Positions 35,192-54,002 of a stretch of DNA of 64,000 bases are shown here, in pieces (positions within the stretch are counted from its first letter, which is position 1; each line of letters starts with the position of its first letter). The stretch comes from Longimicrobiales bacterium (lineage in GTDB: Bacteria > Gemmatimonadota > Gemmatimonadetes > Longimicrobiales > Gaopeijiaceae). Location of the stretch: contig CAXXKM010000003.1 in NCBI GenBank assembly GCA_963664435.2, forward strand, positions 1,376,001 through 1,440,000. The letters are read 5' to 3'. The notes beneath the pieces are model-generated. The model was not told the origin of the DNA, made no database searches, and was given only the letters and a program-made list of their open reading frames with translations. The position numbers were made by a program, and so were the translations under genes.

Positions 35192-37293
35192 TTCTGGTAG
35201 ACTGCTCCGTTGCCTGACACAATCTCGTCCGTCTTCGACCGGGGTACCTGGTCGTAGTGCGAGAACTGCATGGTGTACACGGCCCGTCCCTGGCTCATGG
35301 AGCGGAGGGAGGTCGAATATCCGAACATCTCTCCCAGCGGCACGCTGGCTCCGATGACCCGCGCGCCGCCGCGCTCGGTCATGCCGCCAACTCGTCCCCG
35401 CCGGGAGGAAAGGTCTCCCATGATATCGCCCATGTAGTCGCCGGGCGTGACGACTTCCACATCCATGACCGGCTCGAGCAGAACCGGCCGCGCCCGCCTC
35501 ACGCCCTCCCTGAGCGCCATCGATCCGGCGATCCGGAAGGCCATCTCGCTGGAGTCGACATCGTGATACGAGCCGTCCACCAGCTCGACCTTGATGTCGA
35601 TGAGCGGGTAGCCCGCCACGGTGCCGCTGGACAAGGCGTCGCGCATTCCCTGCTCCACGGGACGGATGAATTCCTTCGGGATCCTGCCGCCCGCGATCCG
35701 GTCCTCGAAGACGAAGCCCGCGCCCTTGGGAGCGGGTTCGAGGTTGATGACGACATGGCCGTATTGCCCGCGTCCCCCGGTCTGGCGCACGAACCGCCCC
35801 TCGACCTTGGCGACGGAACCGACGATGGTCTCCCGGTACGCCACCTGGGGCCGGCCGATGTTGGCGCCGACTCGGAATTCCCGGCGCAACCGGTCGACGA
35901 TGATCTCGAGGTGCAACTCGCCCATCCCGCTGATGATGGTCTGGTTGGTCTCCTGATCGGTGCGTACCCGGAAGGTCGGGTCCTCGTCGGCGAGCTTCCC
36001 CAGTCCCTGGCCAAGCTTGTCCTGGTCGGCCCGGGTCTTGGGCTCGATGGCGACCGCAATGACCGGCTCCGGAAACTCCATGGATTCGAGGATGATGGGA
36101 TGGCCGGGGTCGCACAGGGTATGGCCGGTGCGGACCCGCTTGAGTCCGATTACCGCGGCGATGTCGCCCGCGAAGACCTCTTTCCGCTCCTCGCGCTTGT
36201 TGGCGTGCATCTGCAGGATGCGGCCCACGCGCTCCCGCTTGCCCCGGGTCGCGTCGAGCACGTGGGTGCCGCTCGGCAGCGACCCCGAATAGACGCGGAA
36301 AAAGGTGAGCCGCCCGACATAGGGGTCCGTGGCGATCTTGAATGCCAGAGCCGTGAAGGGCGCGTCATCCGAGACTTCGCGCGTCTCGGAGGACCGGCCC
36401 GCGGGACGATAGTGTCCCTCGACGGGAGGAATGTCGAGCGGAGAGGGGAGGTAGTCGATGACGCCGTCGAGGAGCGCCTGGATGCCCTTGTTGCGGAACG
36501 CCGATCCGCAGAAGACGGGAAAGATGTCGCCCCTCAGGGTCGCCCCGCGGATCGCGCGCCGAAGCTCCTCCTCCGTGAGCTCGTCGCCCGAGAGATACTT
36601 CTCCAGCAGGTCGTCGTCGTGCTCGACCGCCGCCTCGATGAGCTCGTGGCGCAACGTCGCGATCGTATCCGCCATGGAATCGGGCACCGGCCCGTCATGG
36701 AAGCGGGAGCCCAGGTCATCCTCGTAGATGATCGACTTCATGCTGACGATGTCCACGACGCCGGTGAAGAGCTCGCCCTCCCCGAGGGGATACTGGACCG
36801 GGTGCGCGTTGGCTCCGAGTCGTTCGCGCATCATCCTCACGACCTGCGCGAAGTCGGCCCCGACGCGGTCCATCTTGTTGACGAACGCGATGCGGGGCAC
36901 GCGATAGCGGTCCGCCTGCCGCCACACCGTCTCGGACTGCGGTTCGACGCCGCCGACCGCGCAGAAGACCGCGATGGCCCCGTCCAGAACCCGCAGCGAG
37001 CGCTCGACCTCGGCCGTGAAGTCGACGTGTCCGGGGGTGTCGATGATGTTGATGCGGAAGTTGGAGCCGCTGCGCAGCCACGCGCAGGTGGTGGCCGCGG
37101 AGGTGATGGTGATCCCCCGCTCCTGCTCCTGTTCCATCCAATCCATGGTGGCTGCACCCTCGTGCACCTCGCCCATGCGATGGACCCTGCCGGTGTAGAA
37201 CAGAACCCGCTCCGTGGTTGTCGTCTTCCCCGCGTCGATGTGCGCCATGATGCCGATGTTGCGCAGTCGCTCTAGCGGTGTGTGCCTGGGCAT
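35188..37293 (-). CDS. fusA: Elongation factor G
   Basis: [21 protein letters not shown] and GMGELHL motifs; AAGGA RBS before ATG 37293. Confidence 0.98.
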   Translation of the reverse strand: MPRHTPLERLRNIGIMAHIDAGKTTTTERVLFYTGRVHRMGEVHEGAATMDWMEQEQERGITITSAATTCAWLRSGSNFRINIIDTPGHVDFTAEVERSLRVLDGAIAVFCAVGGVEPQSETVWRQADRYRVPRIAFVNKMDRVGADFAQVVRMMRERLGANAHPVQYPLGEGELFTGVVDIVSMKSIIYEDDLGSRFHDGPVPDSMADTIATLRHELIEAAVEHDDDLLEKYLSGDELTEEELRRAIRGATLRGDIFPVFCGSAFRNKGIQALLDGVIDYLPSPLDIPPVEGHYRPAGRSSETREVSDDAPFTALAFKIATDPYVGRLTFFRVYSGSLPSGTHVLDATRGKRERVGRILQMHANKREERKEVFAGDIAAVIGLKRVRTGHTLCDPGHPIILESMEFPEPVIAVAIEPKTRADQDKLGQGLGKLADEDPTFRVRTDQETNQTIISGMGELHLEIIVDRLRREFRVGANIGRPQVAYRETIVGSVAKVEGRFVRQTGGRGQYGHVVINLEPAPKGAGFVFEDRIAGGRIPKEFIRPVEQGMRDALSSGTVAGYPLIDIKVELVDGSYHDVDSSEMAFRIAGSMALREGVRRARPVLLEPVMDVEVVTPGDYMGDIMGDLSSRRGRVGGMTERGGARVIGASVPLGEMFGYSTSLRSMSQGRAVYTMQFSHYDQVPRSKTDEIVSGNGAVYQK

Positions 37294-37336
37294 GCGATGT
37301 ATTCCTTCAAGTCCTGTGTTGCCGTCGTCGGTACGC

Positions 37337-37472
37337 AAAAAAAGCGCAGGAACTCCGAGGCCACGAGTGCAGATTCGGCCGGGCCAACCCGCCTGCCGGT
37401 TGGTAGCCGTCTGCCTTGTGTCGCGAGGGTCGGACCTTCCGGAACCCCCGCTACCCCGGCGCCAGCCTGCGC
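37337..37472 (-). promoter_or_regulatory. Candidate structured cis-regulatory RNA or attenuator with a U7 tract between rpsG and fusA
   Basis: Hand fold: closing stem GCGCAGG/CCUGCGC followed by U7, a GGAA-capped hairpin, and a second long hairpin. Confidence 0.5.
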
Positions 37473-37490
37473 GCCGCAGTTGGGAAACGG

Positions 37491-37961
37491 CTACCAGCGA
37501 TAGTGGGCGAATGCCTTGTTGGCTTCTGCCATCCGGTGCGTGTCTTCCTTCTTCTTTATCGTGCTTCCCTCGTTGCGGCTCGCGGCCAGAATCTCGGCCG
37601 CGAGACGACCCGCCATCGACCGCTCTCCCCGCTTGCGGGAAAAGTCGATCATCCACTTTATGGCCAGCGCCTGGCGTCTCTCCGGGCGGACTTCGATCGG
37701 CACCTGGTACGTGGCGCCTCCGACCCGCCTGCTCTTCACCTCGACGGCAGGCTTGGCGTTGTTGAGGGCCTGGTTGAACACCCCCAGGCCGGGTTGTCCC
37801 GAACGCTCTTCCACGACCGTGAGGGCGTTATAGAAAATGCTCTCCGCGGTCGACTTCTTGCCGTCCAGCATCAGGCCGTTGATGAACTTCTGGGCCACGA
37901 CCGACTCGTAGCGCGGATCTCCCGCGGTCTCTCTCTTCTCGGCACGCGTGCGGCGGCTCAT
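37491..37961 (-). CDS. rpsG: 30S ribosomal protein S7
   Basis: [17 protein letters not shown] and [13 protein letters not shown] motifs. Confidence 0.98.
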   Translation of the reverse strand: MSRRTRAEKRETAGDPRYESVVAQKFINGLMLDGKKSTAESIFYNALTVVEERSGQPGLGVFNQALNNAKPAVEVKSRRVGGATYQVPIEVRPERRQALAIKWMIDFSRKRGERSMAGRLAAEILAASRNEGSTIKKKEDTHRMAEANKAFAHYRW

Positions 37962-38045
37962 GAATCGATCCTATCGCTCCCGCGAACTGTGGGCCGAGAG
38001 GGCAGGTGCCCGGCCCGAATTGGGACAGTGCATGTTGATCGGTCG

Positions 38046-38417
38046 CTACTTGGGTTCCTTGGTTCCGTACTTCGACCGACCCCGGCGACGGTCGTCCACC
38101 CCCGACGTGTCCAGCGTTCCGCGCACGACGTGATAGCGAACGCCGGGCAGATCCCTCACCCGGCCTCCCCGAATGAGCACGATGGAGTGCTCCTGGAGGT
38201 TGTGCCCTTCGCCACCGATGTAGGAAGTCACCTCGTACCCGCTGGTCAGCCTGACGCGCGCCACCTTGCGCAATGCCGAATTGGGCTTCTTGGGCGTCGT
38301 GGTGTACACACGAGTGCAAACGCCCCGTTTCTGGGGGTTCTTCTGGAGGGCCGGCGCCTTGTTCTTCTTGCGAACAGACCGGCGGCCCTTGCGCACGAGT
38401 TGGTTGATGGTCGGCAT
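38046..38417 (-). CDS. rpsL: 30S ribosomal protein S12
   Basis: [20 protein letters not shown] and [10 protein letters not shown] motifs. Confidence 0.98.
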   Translation of the reverse strand: MPTINQLVRKGRRSVRKKNKAPALQKNPQKRGVCTRVYTTTPKKPNSALRKVARVRLTSGYEVTSYIGGEGHNLQEHSIVLIRGGRVRDLPGVRYHVVRGTLDTSGVDDRRRGRSKYGTKEPK

Positions 38418-38541
38418 ACGAATGGTTTCGGCAGTCAGCCCTTTAAGTTAAGACGAGCGCTTGCTTTCCGCTGCACGGCCCGCCCCGCCACGTCCGGGAG
38501 GACGTCCGGCGAGTGACCAGCCATATCCTGTGCAGCTTTCG

Positions 38542-38570
38542 AAGCTAAAAAGCGTTCCCATCCGTGTCAA
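38542..38570 (-). promoter_or_regulatory. Putative sigma70 promoter of the rpsL (str) operon
   Basis: Minus strand reads TTGACA-N17-TAGCTT. Confidence 0.7.
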
Positions 38571-38593
38571 CGCCGGAGGCAAACCGTCCCGAG

Positions 38594-42895
<4,302 letters not shown>

Positions 42896-42943
42896 ATGGC
42901 GTGCACCCCGTGCGTTGAGGGTGTCAATGCGATGCTCAAGACC

Positions 42944-47149
<4,206 letters not shown>

Positions 47150-47344
47150 CTAGACTCCCCCTTTGGCCGCACCCTGTCCGGACGGGCGGTTGCGGCGGGT
47201 CGAACGGGAAACACGTGGCGACATTCGGCAGTCCCCCCGGAGGGACGGCCGGGACGCGTGCAGAGAGAGGGGCCGGCGGCGCGGTGCCAGGAGCGGCGTG
47301 CCGCGAACGTACCCCGTCTGCCGAGGAGTTGAGACGGACCGCAC

Positions 47345-47722
47345 CTACTTGACGGTGACCGTCGCGCCTACCTGCTCCAGCTTTGACTTGACCTGCTCCG
47401 CCTCGTCCCTGGAAACGGCTTCCTTCACCGCGTTGGGTGCCCCGTCGACGAGCGCCTTGGCCTCCTTCAGCCCCAGACTGGTCACTTCGCGAACCACCTT
47501 GATGACCTGAATCTTCTTGGCGCCGAAGTTGTCGAGAACGACGTCGAACTCGGTCTGTTCCTCGACCTCGGCTTCGGCTTCCGCCGGGCCCGCAGCGGCC
47601 GGCCCGACCGCCACCGCGGCCGTGACGTTGAACTTCTGCTTGAACGCATCCACGAACTCGGAGAGCTCGATCACCGTCATGTTGCCGATGCTATCGAGGA
47701 GTTCCTGCTGATTGATCGCCAT
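47345..47722 (-). CDS. rplL: 50S ribosomal protein L7/L12
   Basis: [20 protein letters not shown] and LGLKEAK motifs. Confidence 0.98.
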   Translation of the reverse strand: MAINQQELLDSIGNMTVIELSEFVDAFKQKFNVTAAVAVGPAAAGPAEAEAEVEEQTEFDVVLDNFGAKKIQVIKVVREVTSLGLKEAKALVDGAPNAVKEAVSRDEAEQVKSKLEQVGATVTVK

Positions 47723-47835
47723 CTCGCTGCTTTCTCCTGATTGGTCCCGGCCCTCGCCGGGGGTTGGTGAGTCGACCCGCCATGCGCCCGCGCCGGCATA
47801 CCGGCTGCAATCAGCCGGGCGCGGCTTCGGCGGAC

Positions 47836-48360
47836 TCAGTCTTCCTGACTCTTCTCCTTCAGTGCGTCCAGAAGGCCGACGAATTCCTGCAGCTTGCCCT
47901 CGAGCGCGCTCACGAAGGCCGCCATCGGACCCTCCAGCGCGCCCGCCAGCTGCGCCATGAGCACGTCGCGCGCCGGGAGCGTCGCCACCTTGAGGAACTG
48001 TTCCTCGCCGATGACCTTGCCCTCGACCACACCCACCTTGAACGCGGGGCGCTTGTCGTGGTCCCTGGCGAAGCCGACCAGCACCTTCGCCGGCTCGACC
48101 ACATCGGTGCTGCCGAGCACGATGCCGGTCGGGCCGGAGAGATGCGGGTCGAGGCCGGAAATCTCGAGGTCGTCGAACGCCCGCCTGGCGAGCCGGTTCT
48201 TCACGACCCAATACCGGCCTCCGCTCTCGCGAATCTGGCGGCGGAGCGCCGTCATCGCCTTGACGTCCAGCCCGGTGAAATCGGTCAGGTAGAGCGCGCC
48301 GGCGTTTTCCGCCTCGCTCCTGAATTCTTCGGTAAAGGCCTGTTTCTCGGCTTTGTTCAT
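47836..48360 (-). CDS. rplJ: 50S ribosomal protein L10
   Basis: DFTGL.V, VVKNRL and L.GPT motifs. Confidence 0.96.
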   Translation of the reverse strand: MNKAEKQAFTEEFRSEAENAGALYLTDFTGLDVKAMTALRRQIRESGGRYWVVKNRLARRAFDDLEISGLDPHLSGPTGIVLGSTDVVEPAKVLVGFARDHDKRPAFKVGVVEGKVIGEEQFLKVATLPARDVLMAQLAGALEGPMAAFVSALEGKLQEFVGLLDALKEKSQED

Positions 48361-48363
48361 CGG

Positions 48364-49059
48364 TCAGCTCCGCCCGAACTGGTTCGGATCGAGCGGCACG
48401 CCCGGCCCCATGGTGCTGGAGAGCGTCACGCTCCGTACGTATGCGCCCTTCGCGGCAGCGGGCCGCGCGCGCAATACCGCGTCCATGAAAACTCCCAGAT
48501 TCTCCGAGAGCTTCCGGTCCTCGAACGACATCCGGCCGATGGGGGCGTGCAGATTGCCGGTGCGGTCCACCCGGTACTCGATCTTTCCGGCCTTGATCTC
48601 CGACACGGCGCCTCCGACGTTGAACGTCACCGTGCCCGCCTTCGGGTTCGGCATGAGGCCGCGCGGCCCCAGGATGCGCCCGAGGGGACCTACCTGGCCC
48701 ATCATGTTGGGCGTCGCGACCACCGCGTCGAACTCAAGCCATCCCTGCTTGATGCGGTCCAGGTACTCGGCTCCGACGTAGTCGGCGCCCGCATCCTCGG
48801 CCTCCGCAGCCTTGTCCCCCTGCGCGACCACGAGAACACGCATCTCCTTTCCCGTCCCGTGGGGGAGCACGACGGTGCCGCGCACGATCTGGTCGGCCCG
48901 GCGGGGATCGACGCCCAGCTTGGTCGCGATCTCGATGGATTCGTCGAACTTCGCGAAGGACAGCGTCTTCACCAGAGCCACGCCGTCCGAGACGGAGTAG
49001 GTGACTCCCACCGGTATCTGGGCCCGGGCGGCCCGGATTTTCTTTCCGCGTTTTGGCAT
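48364..49059 (-). CDS. rplA: 50S ribosomal protein L1
   Basis: [23 protein letters not shown] and STMGPG motifs. Confidence 0.98.
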   Translation of the reverse strand: MPKRGKKIRAARAQIPVGVTYSVSDGVALVKTLSFAKFDESIEIATKLGVDPRRADQIVRGTVVLPHGTGKEMRVLVVAQGDKAAEAEDAGADYVGAEYLDRIKQGWLEFDAVVATPNMMGQVGPLGRILGPRGLMPNPKAGTVTFNVGGAVSEIKAGKIEYRVDRTGNLHAPIGRMSFEDRKLSENLGVFMDAVLRARPAAAKGAYVRSVTLSSTMGPGVPLDPNQFGRS

Positions 49060-49060
49060 T

Positions 49061-49093
49061 ATGGGATTGAGCCGGCTGGTGCAGCCCTCCCAC
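49061..49093 (-). promoter_or_regulatory. Putative L1-binding autoregulatory hairpin immediately upstream of rplA
   Basis: GUGGGAG-GGCUG-CAC-CAGCC-GGCUCAA-UCCCAU, ending 1 nt before the rplA ATG; resembles the known GGGAG internal-loop L1 site. Confidence 0.55.
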
Positions 49094-49130
49094 TCCTGGC
49101 GGCTCGCATGGAGTGGTTCGTCGGGCCTGG

Positions 49131-49553
49131 TCAGTCTACCTCGATGCCCATCGAGCGAGCGGTGCCGGCGATCATGCGCACGGCCGAATCCACGTCGCTT
49201 GCGTTCAGGTCGGGCATCTTGGTCTCGGCGATCTCCTTCAGTTGGTCGACGGTCACCCGTGCGACCTTGGTGCGATTCGGCTCGCCGGATCCCTTTTCCA
49301 GTCCGGCCGCCTGCCTGAGCAGAACTGCCGCCGGCGGCGTCTTGGTGATGAAGCTGAACGAGCGGTCTGCGTAGACGGTGATTTCCACCGGGATGGTCGT
49401 GCCCTGGTTCTGCTGGGTCTTCGAATTGAACTGCTTGCAGAACTCCATGATGTTCACGCCGTGCTGGCCCAGCGCGGGGCCGACCGGGGGAGCCGGATTG
49501 GCCTGTCCGCCGGGCACATGCAGTTTGATGAATCCAACGACCTTCTTCGCCAT
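49131..49553 (-). CDS. rplK: 50S ribosomal protein L11
   Basis: [19 protein letters not shown] and GTARSMG motifs. Confidence 0.98.
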   Translation of the reverse strand: MAKKVVGFIKLHVPGGQANPAPPVGPALGQHGVNIMEFCKQFNSKTQQNQGTTIPVEITVYADRSFSFITKTPPAAVLLRQAAGLEKGSGEPNRTKVARVTVDQLKEIAETKMPDLNASDVDSAVRMIAGTARSMGIEVD

Positions 49554-49647
49554 TTTTCGTTACCTGGTCGATAATCCGGCGCGCGCCCGACAGCCGTGCG
49601 GGCACGTTCGGGAGCCGGAGCTGCGCTGCCGGTCCCGAGTCCGCCGT

Positions 49648-50193
49648 TCAGTATCCCTTGAGCTGAGCGAAATCGAGTTCCACCGAAGTGGGACGCCCGA
49701 AGAGCGAGACTTCCACCTTCACCTTGCCCTTGTCGGCATCAACGGACTGGACCGTGCCCGAGAAGTCCGTGAACGGACCCTGGGTAACCTCCACGGCCTG
49801 GCCGATCTGGAAGGGGACTTCCGCTCGGGCCTCCTTTTCTTCCTCGGTCTCGATGCCGAGGAGCTTGCGCACCTCCTCCTCGCTCAGGGGTTGGGGCTTC
49901 CTGCCACCCCCCACGAACTTTATGACGCCCTTGATGTCGTTGATGGCGTACATGGTCACGGGGTCAAGCGTCAGATCGTCGCCGACCTCGATGTTCACCA
50001 GGACGTATCCGGGATAGAGGCGGCGCTCCACCTGAACCCGCTTCCCGTTGCGGATCTCCATGACTTCCTGGGTCGGAACCAGGGTTTCCAGGATCTCGGT
50101 GTGGCCTTCCTCGATCTTGCGGTCGATGAACCGCTTCACCTTCTTCTCGTGCCCCGAATAACTCTGGACCACGTACCACCGGGACTCGCTCAT
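49648..50193 (-). CDS. nusG: Transcription termination/antitermination factor NusG
   Basis: WYVVQSYSGHE and YPGYVLV motifs, KOW GPFTDFSG, FGRPTSVEL. Confidence 0.97.
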   Translation of the reverse strand: MSESRWYVVQSYSGHEKKVKRFIDRKIEEGHTEILETLVPTQEVMEIRNGKRVQVERRLYPGYVLVNIEVGDDLTLDPVTMYAINDIKGVIKFVGGGRKPQPLSEEEVRKLLGIETEEEKEARAEVPFQIGQAVEVTQGPFTDFSGTVQSVDADKGKVKVEVSLFGRPTSVELDFAQLKGY

Positions 50194-50200
50194 TGAGTCC

Positions 50201-50407
50201 TCACGCCCCGAACATGCCCATGATGAAGTTCACGACGAAGCGCACGACGCTGTCCATGGCGAAGATGACGAGCGAGATTGCGATCACGAAGAGGATCACC
50301 ACCCACGTCGCGTTGCGCAGCTGACCCGAGTCGGGCCAGGTGACTCGCTGCAACTCCGCCCACGATTCGCGCGCGAACTCCCCTGAACTCTCGATAATGT
50401 TTGCCAT
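50201..50407 (-). CDS. secE: Preprotein translocase subunit SecE
   Basis: ELQRVTWP plus a single TM; directly upstream of nusG. Confidence 0.95.
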   Translation of the reverse strand: MANIIESSGEFARESWAELQRVTWPDSGQLRNATWVVILFVIAISLVIFAMDSVVRFVVNFIMGMFGA

Positions 50408-50428
50408 CCTGCCCGTCTCGGAGACTCG

Positions 50429-50581
50429 CTACTTGGTTTCCTTGTGCCCGGTGTGCGTGCGGCAGCGCGGGCAGTACTTGCGGTAGTGCACCCGTCCGGG
50501 GTGCAGGCGCTTGTTCTTCTTCGTGGTGTAGTTGCGCTCCTTGCACTCCTCGCACGCGAGGATCACGCGATCTCTGGCCAC
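50429..50581 (-). CDS. rpmG: 50S ribosomal protein L33 (zinc-ribbon form)
   Basis: GTG start [23 protein letters not shown]...[16 protein letters not shown]. Confidence 0.96.
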   Translation of the reverse strand: MARDRVILACEECKERNYTTKKNKRLHPGRVHYRKYCPRCRTHTGHKETK

Positions 50582-50585
50582 GGGG

Positions 50586-51776
<1,191 letters not shown>

Positions 51777-51842
51777 TTCTCCGCTACCTCACTCCGTTCG
51801 GTTCAGGTGAATGGTGGTTTCAGAACCCCGGAAGCCCCGGCA

Positions 51843-51914
51843 AGCTCTGGCCGGGATTTGAACCCGGGACCTCTTCCTTACCAAGGAAGCGCTCTACCCC
51901 TGAGCTACCAGAGC
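51843..51914 (-). tRNA. tRNA-Thr(GGT)
   Basis: GCTCTGG/CCAGAGC acceptor stem, anticodon arm CTTCC-TTGGTAA-GGAAG, T loop GTTCAAATC. Confidence 0.95.
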
Positions 51915-51941
51915 GCTGCTCCCTCCTGCTTCGGGGTGTAG

Positions 51942-52015
51942 AGCGGGAGACGGGACTCGAACCCGCGACCCTCAGCTTGGAAGGCTGATGCTCTAGCCAA
52001 CTGAGCTACTCCCGC
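51942..52015 (-). tRNA. tRNA-Gly(TCC)
   Basis: GCGGGAG/CTCCCGC acceptor stem, anticodon arm TCAGC-CTTCCAA-GCTGA, GTTCGAGTC. Confidence 0.95.
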
Positions 52016-52056
52016 TGGAATTCTCATTTCGCAAGTTGGAAGGGCGACACGCCCAA

Positions 52057-52138
52057 TGGTGGGGGGAGGATTCGAACCTCCGAAGGCATTGCCAGCAGAT
52101 TTACAGTCTGCCCCGTTTGACCGCTTCGGTACCCCACC
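52057..52138 (-). tRNA. tRNA-Tyr(GTA)
   Basis: GGTGGGG/CCCCACC acceptor stem, anticodon arm GCAGA-CTGTAAA-TCTGC, long variable arm, GTTCGAATC. Confidence 0.95.
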
Positions 52139-52248
52139 GAGCATTTCTCTCGAAAACTCCTGTGTTCGGAGCGCCCCCTTCGCGCCTCCGGCTGCTGAGC
52201 AAGGATGCCCTCGGGCACCTGAGGCGGGCCTTTACGATCAAGCCTCAA

Positions 52249-52277
52249 AAGGTAACCATCCCCCGGGGAAAGGTAAA
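52249..52277 (-). promoter_or_regulatory. Putative sigma70 promoter for the tRNA-Tyr/Gly/Thr-tuf operon
   Basis: Minus strand reads TTTACC-N17-TACCTT, with the same GGTTACCTTT -10 context as the rpmJ promoter. Confidence 0.5.
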
Positions 52278-52368
52278 GGGGCATCCGCGGTCGATCAGCC
52301 GCGGCGGATGCAGCCGCCGGGAACGGCCCGAACCACGCCCCGGAAGGCTTCCGGATCGTCCACCGACA

Positions 52369-52441
52369 AGCTGGCGAAGGGACTCGAACCCCCAACCTGC
52401 TGATTACAAATCAGCTGCTCTACCTGTTGAGCTACGCCAGC
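52369..52441 (-). tRNA. tRNA-Thr(TGT)
   Basis: GCTGGCG/CGCCAGC acceptor stem, anticodon arm GCTGA-TTTGTAA-TCAGC, GTTCGAGTC. Confidence 0.95.
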
Positions 52442-52482
52442 GCGCGACTACTGCTACCCGGCTTCGTCCCGGAAGTCAACGG

Positions 52483-53943
52483 TCAGCGGGCGGCGGCCGA
52501 TCCGGCTCTCGAGCCCGCATGCTTCCAGCGGGTGCCGTCGGGGGAGTCCTCGAGCACGATTCCGTCGGCGGCCAGCTGGCTGCGGATGGCGTCGGCGCGC
52601 GCGAAGTCTCGCCGCGACCGCGCGAGGTCGCGCTCCGCGACCAGGCGCTCGATGCGTCCCCGCTCCGATTCGTCGACCTGGCGTCCGGCCAGCGCCAGCT
52701 CGAGCACCCCCAGCACCTCGTCCATGGAGGCGAGGGCTTCCTCCGCCGACTCCCGGTCTCCCCGGCGGATCGCCCCCGACGCCCCGTCCAGGGCGGTGTT
52801 GGCATCCTTGACGAAGACGAAGAGCGCGGCCAGGGCAGCGGCCGTGTTGAGGTCGTCGTCCATCGCCTCGCGGAAGCGGGCCAGAGCTTCGCCGGCGAGC
52901 CGGTCGATCCCGAGGGGCGGGGCCCCCGAGCGGGTCGGTGTTCGGGTGAGGCGGTCCCGGAAGTCGAGCAGGCGCTGCACGGCCCGGCGGGACGCCTCCA
53001 GTCCCGCGAAGGTGAAGTTGAGCTCGCTGCGGTACTGGGCGGACAGCAGCAGGTGCCGCATCGCGGCGGGCTCGAATCGCTCGCTCAACTGCGGGACGGT
53101 GTAGGTGTTGCCGAGCGATTTCGACATCTTCCGGCCCTCCACCAGAAGATGCTTGACATGCATCCAGTGGCGGGCGAAGGTCTCGCCGGTGACGCCCTCC
53201 GATTGCGCGATTTCGTCCTCGTGGTGGGGGAACATGAGGTCTTCCCCGCCCAAATGGATGTCCAGGGTGTCGCCGATCTCGCTCAGCGCCATGACCGAAC
53301 ACTCGAGATGCCATCCGGGCCGACCCCGGCCCCATGGGGACTCCCAGGCTGCATCCACGTACTCGTCCTCCGGCCTGGCCGCCTTCCAGAGCGCGAAGTC
53401 GCGGATGTCGTCCTTCTCGTACTTGTCGTCGGCAACGCGCTCGCCGGGACGCAGCGCGTCCGGATCGATACCCGACAGCCGGCCGTATTCCGGGAACCCC
53501 GAAATCCGGAAGTACACTGAGCCGTCGGAGGTGGCGTACGCGAGCCCCCGCTCCACGAGCCGCGATACGAAAGCGCTCATCTCGCCGACGTACTCGGTTG
53601 CCCGGGGGTGGCTGTCGAACGGTCGCATGCCGAGGGTCTCGGCGTCGGCGAGGAACGACGCCACATGCGGGGCCGCGAACTCCCGGATCGACTGCCCGGT
53701 CTCGGCGGCAAGCTCGACGATGCGGTCGTCGACGTCGGTGAGGTTGACCACGAAACGGACCTCGTAACCCAGCCACTCCAGGTAGCGATGGAGCAGATCG
53801 TAGACGAGAAAGGCGCGGAAATTGCCGATATGCGCGCGCCCGTACACCGTGGGGCCGCACCCGTAGATGCCCACCCGCCCCGGCCTGAGCGGTTCGAAGC
53901 GCCGGAGGGAGCGCGTCAGCGTGTCGTGGAGGCGCAAGGTCAT
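52483..53943 (-). CDS. cysS: Cysteine--tRNA ligase
   Basis: CGPTVY..AHIGN, DFALWK, PGWHLECS, FPHHEDE and KMSKS motifs. Confidence 0.97.
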   Translation of the reverse strand: MTLRLHDTLTRSLRRFEPLRPGRVGIYGCGPTVYGRAHIGNFRAFLVYDLLHRYLEWLGYEVRFVVNLTDVDDRIVELAAETGQSIREFAAPHVASFLADAETLGMRPFDSHPRATEYVGEMSAFVSRLVERGLAYATSDGSVYFRISGFPEYGRLSGIDPDALRPGERVADDKYEKDDIRDFALWKAARPEDEYVDAAWESPWGRGRPGWHLECSVMALSEIGDTLDIHLGGEDLMFPHHEDEIAQSEGVTGETFARHWMHVKHLLVEGRKMSKSLGNTYTVPQLSERFEPAAMRHLLLSAQYRSELNFTFAGLEASRRAVQRLLDFRDRLTRTPTRSGAPPLGIDRLAGEALARFREAMDDDLNTAAALAALFVFVKDANTALDGASGAIRRGDRESAEEALASMDEVLGVLELALAGRQVDESERGRIERLVAERDLARSRRDFARADAIRSQLAADGIVLEDSPDGTRWKHAGSRAGSAAAR

Positions 53944-54002
53944 GCCGGCTTCCGGAAGAGGATCGTGGTTCGCGCCGGGATCGTTCACTGGGCTTCGCTC
54001 AC

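Noticed and set aside
37413..37451. CCGGAAGG tetraloop hairpin as SRP (4.5S) RNA
   Set aside because: It lacks the conserved CAGG...AGCA symmetric loop of SRP helix 8.
37294..37656. Apparent long N-terminal extensions or fusions in the ORF track (fusA 822 aa, pgi 720 aa, cysS 686 aa, rplA 413 aa, MBL hydrolase 610 aa)
   Set aside because: They result from choosing the most upstream start. The extensions overlap upstream genes, and real starts with an RBS or ATGA coupling lie downstream.
51843..52441. tRNA cluster as an integration site
   Set aside because: There is no duplicated tRNA 3' end, integrase or foreign DNA nearby.
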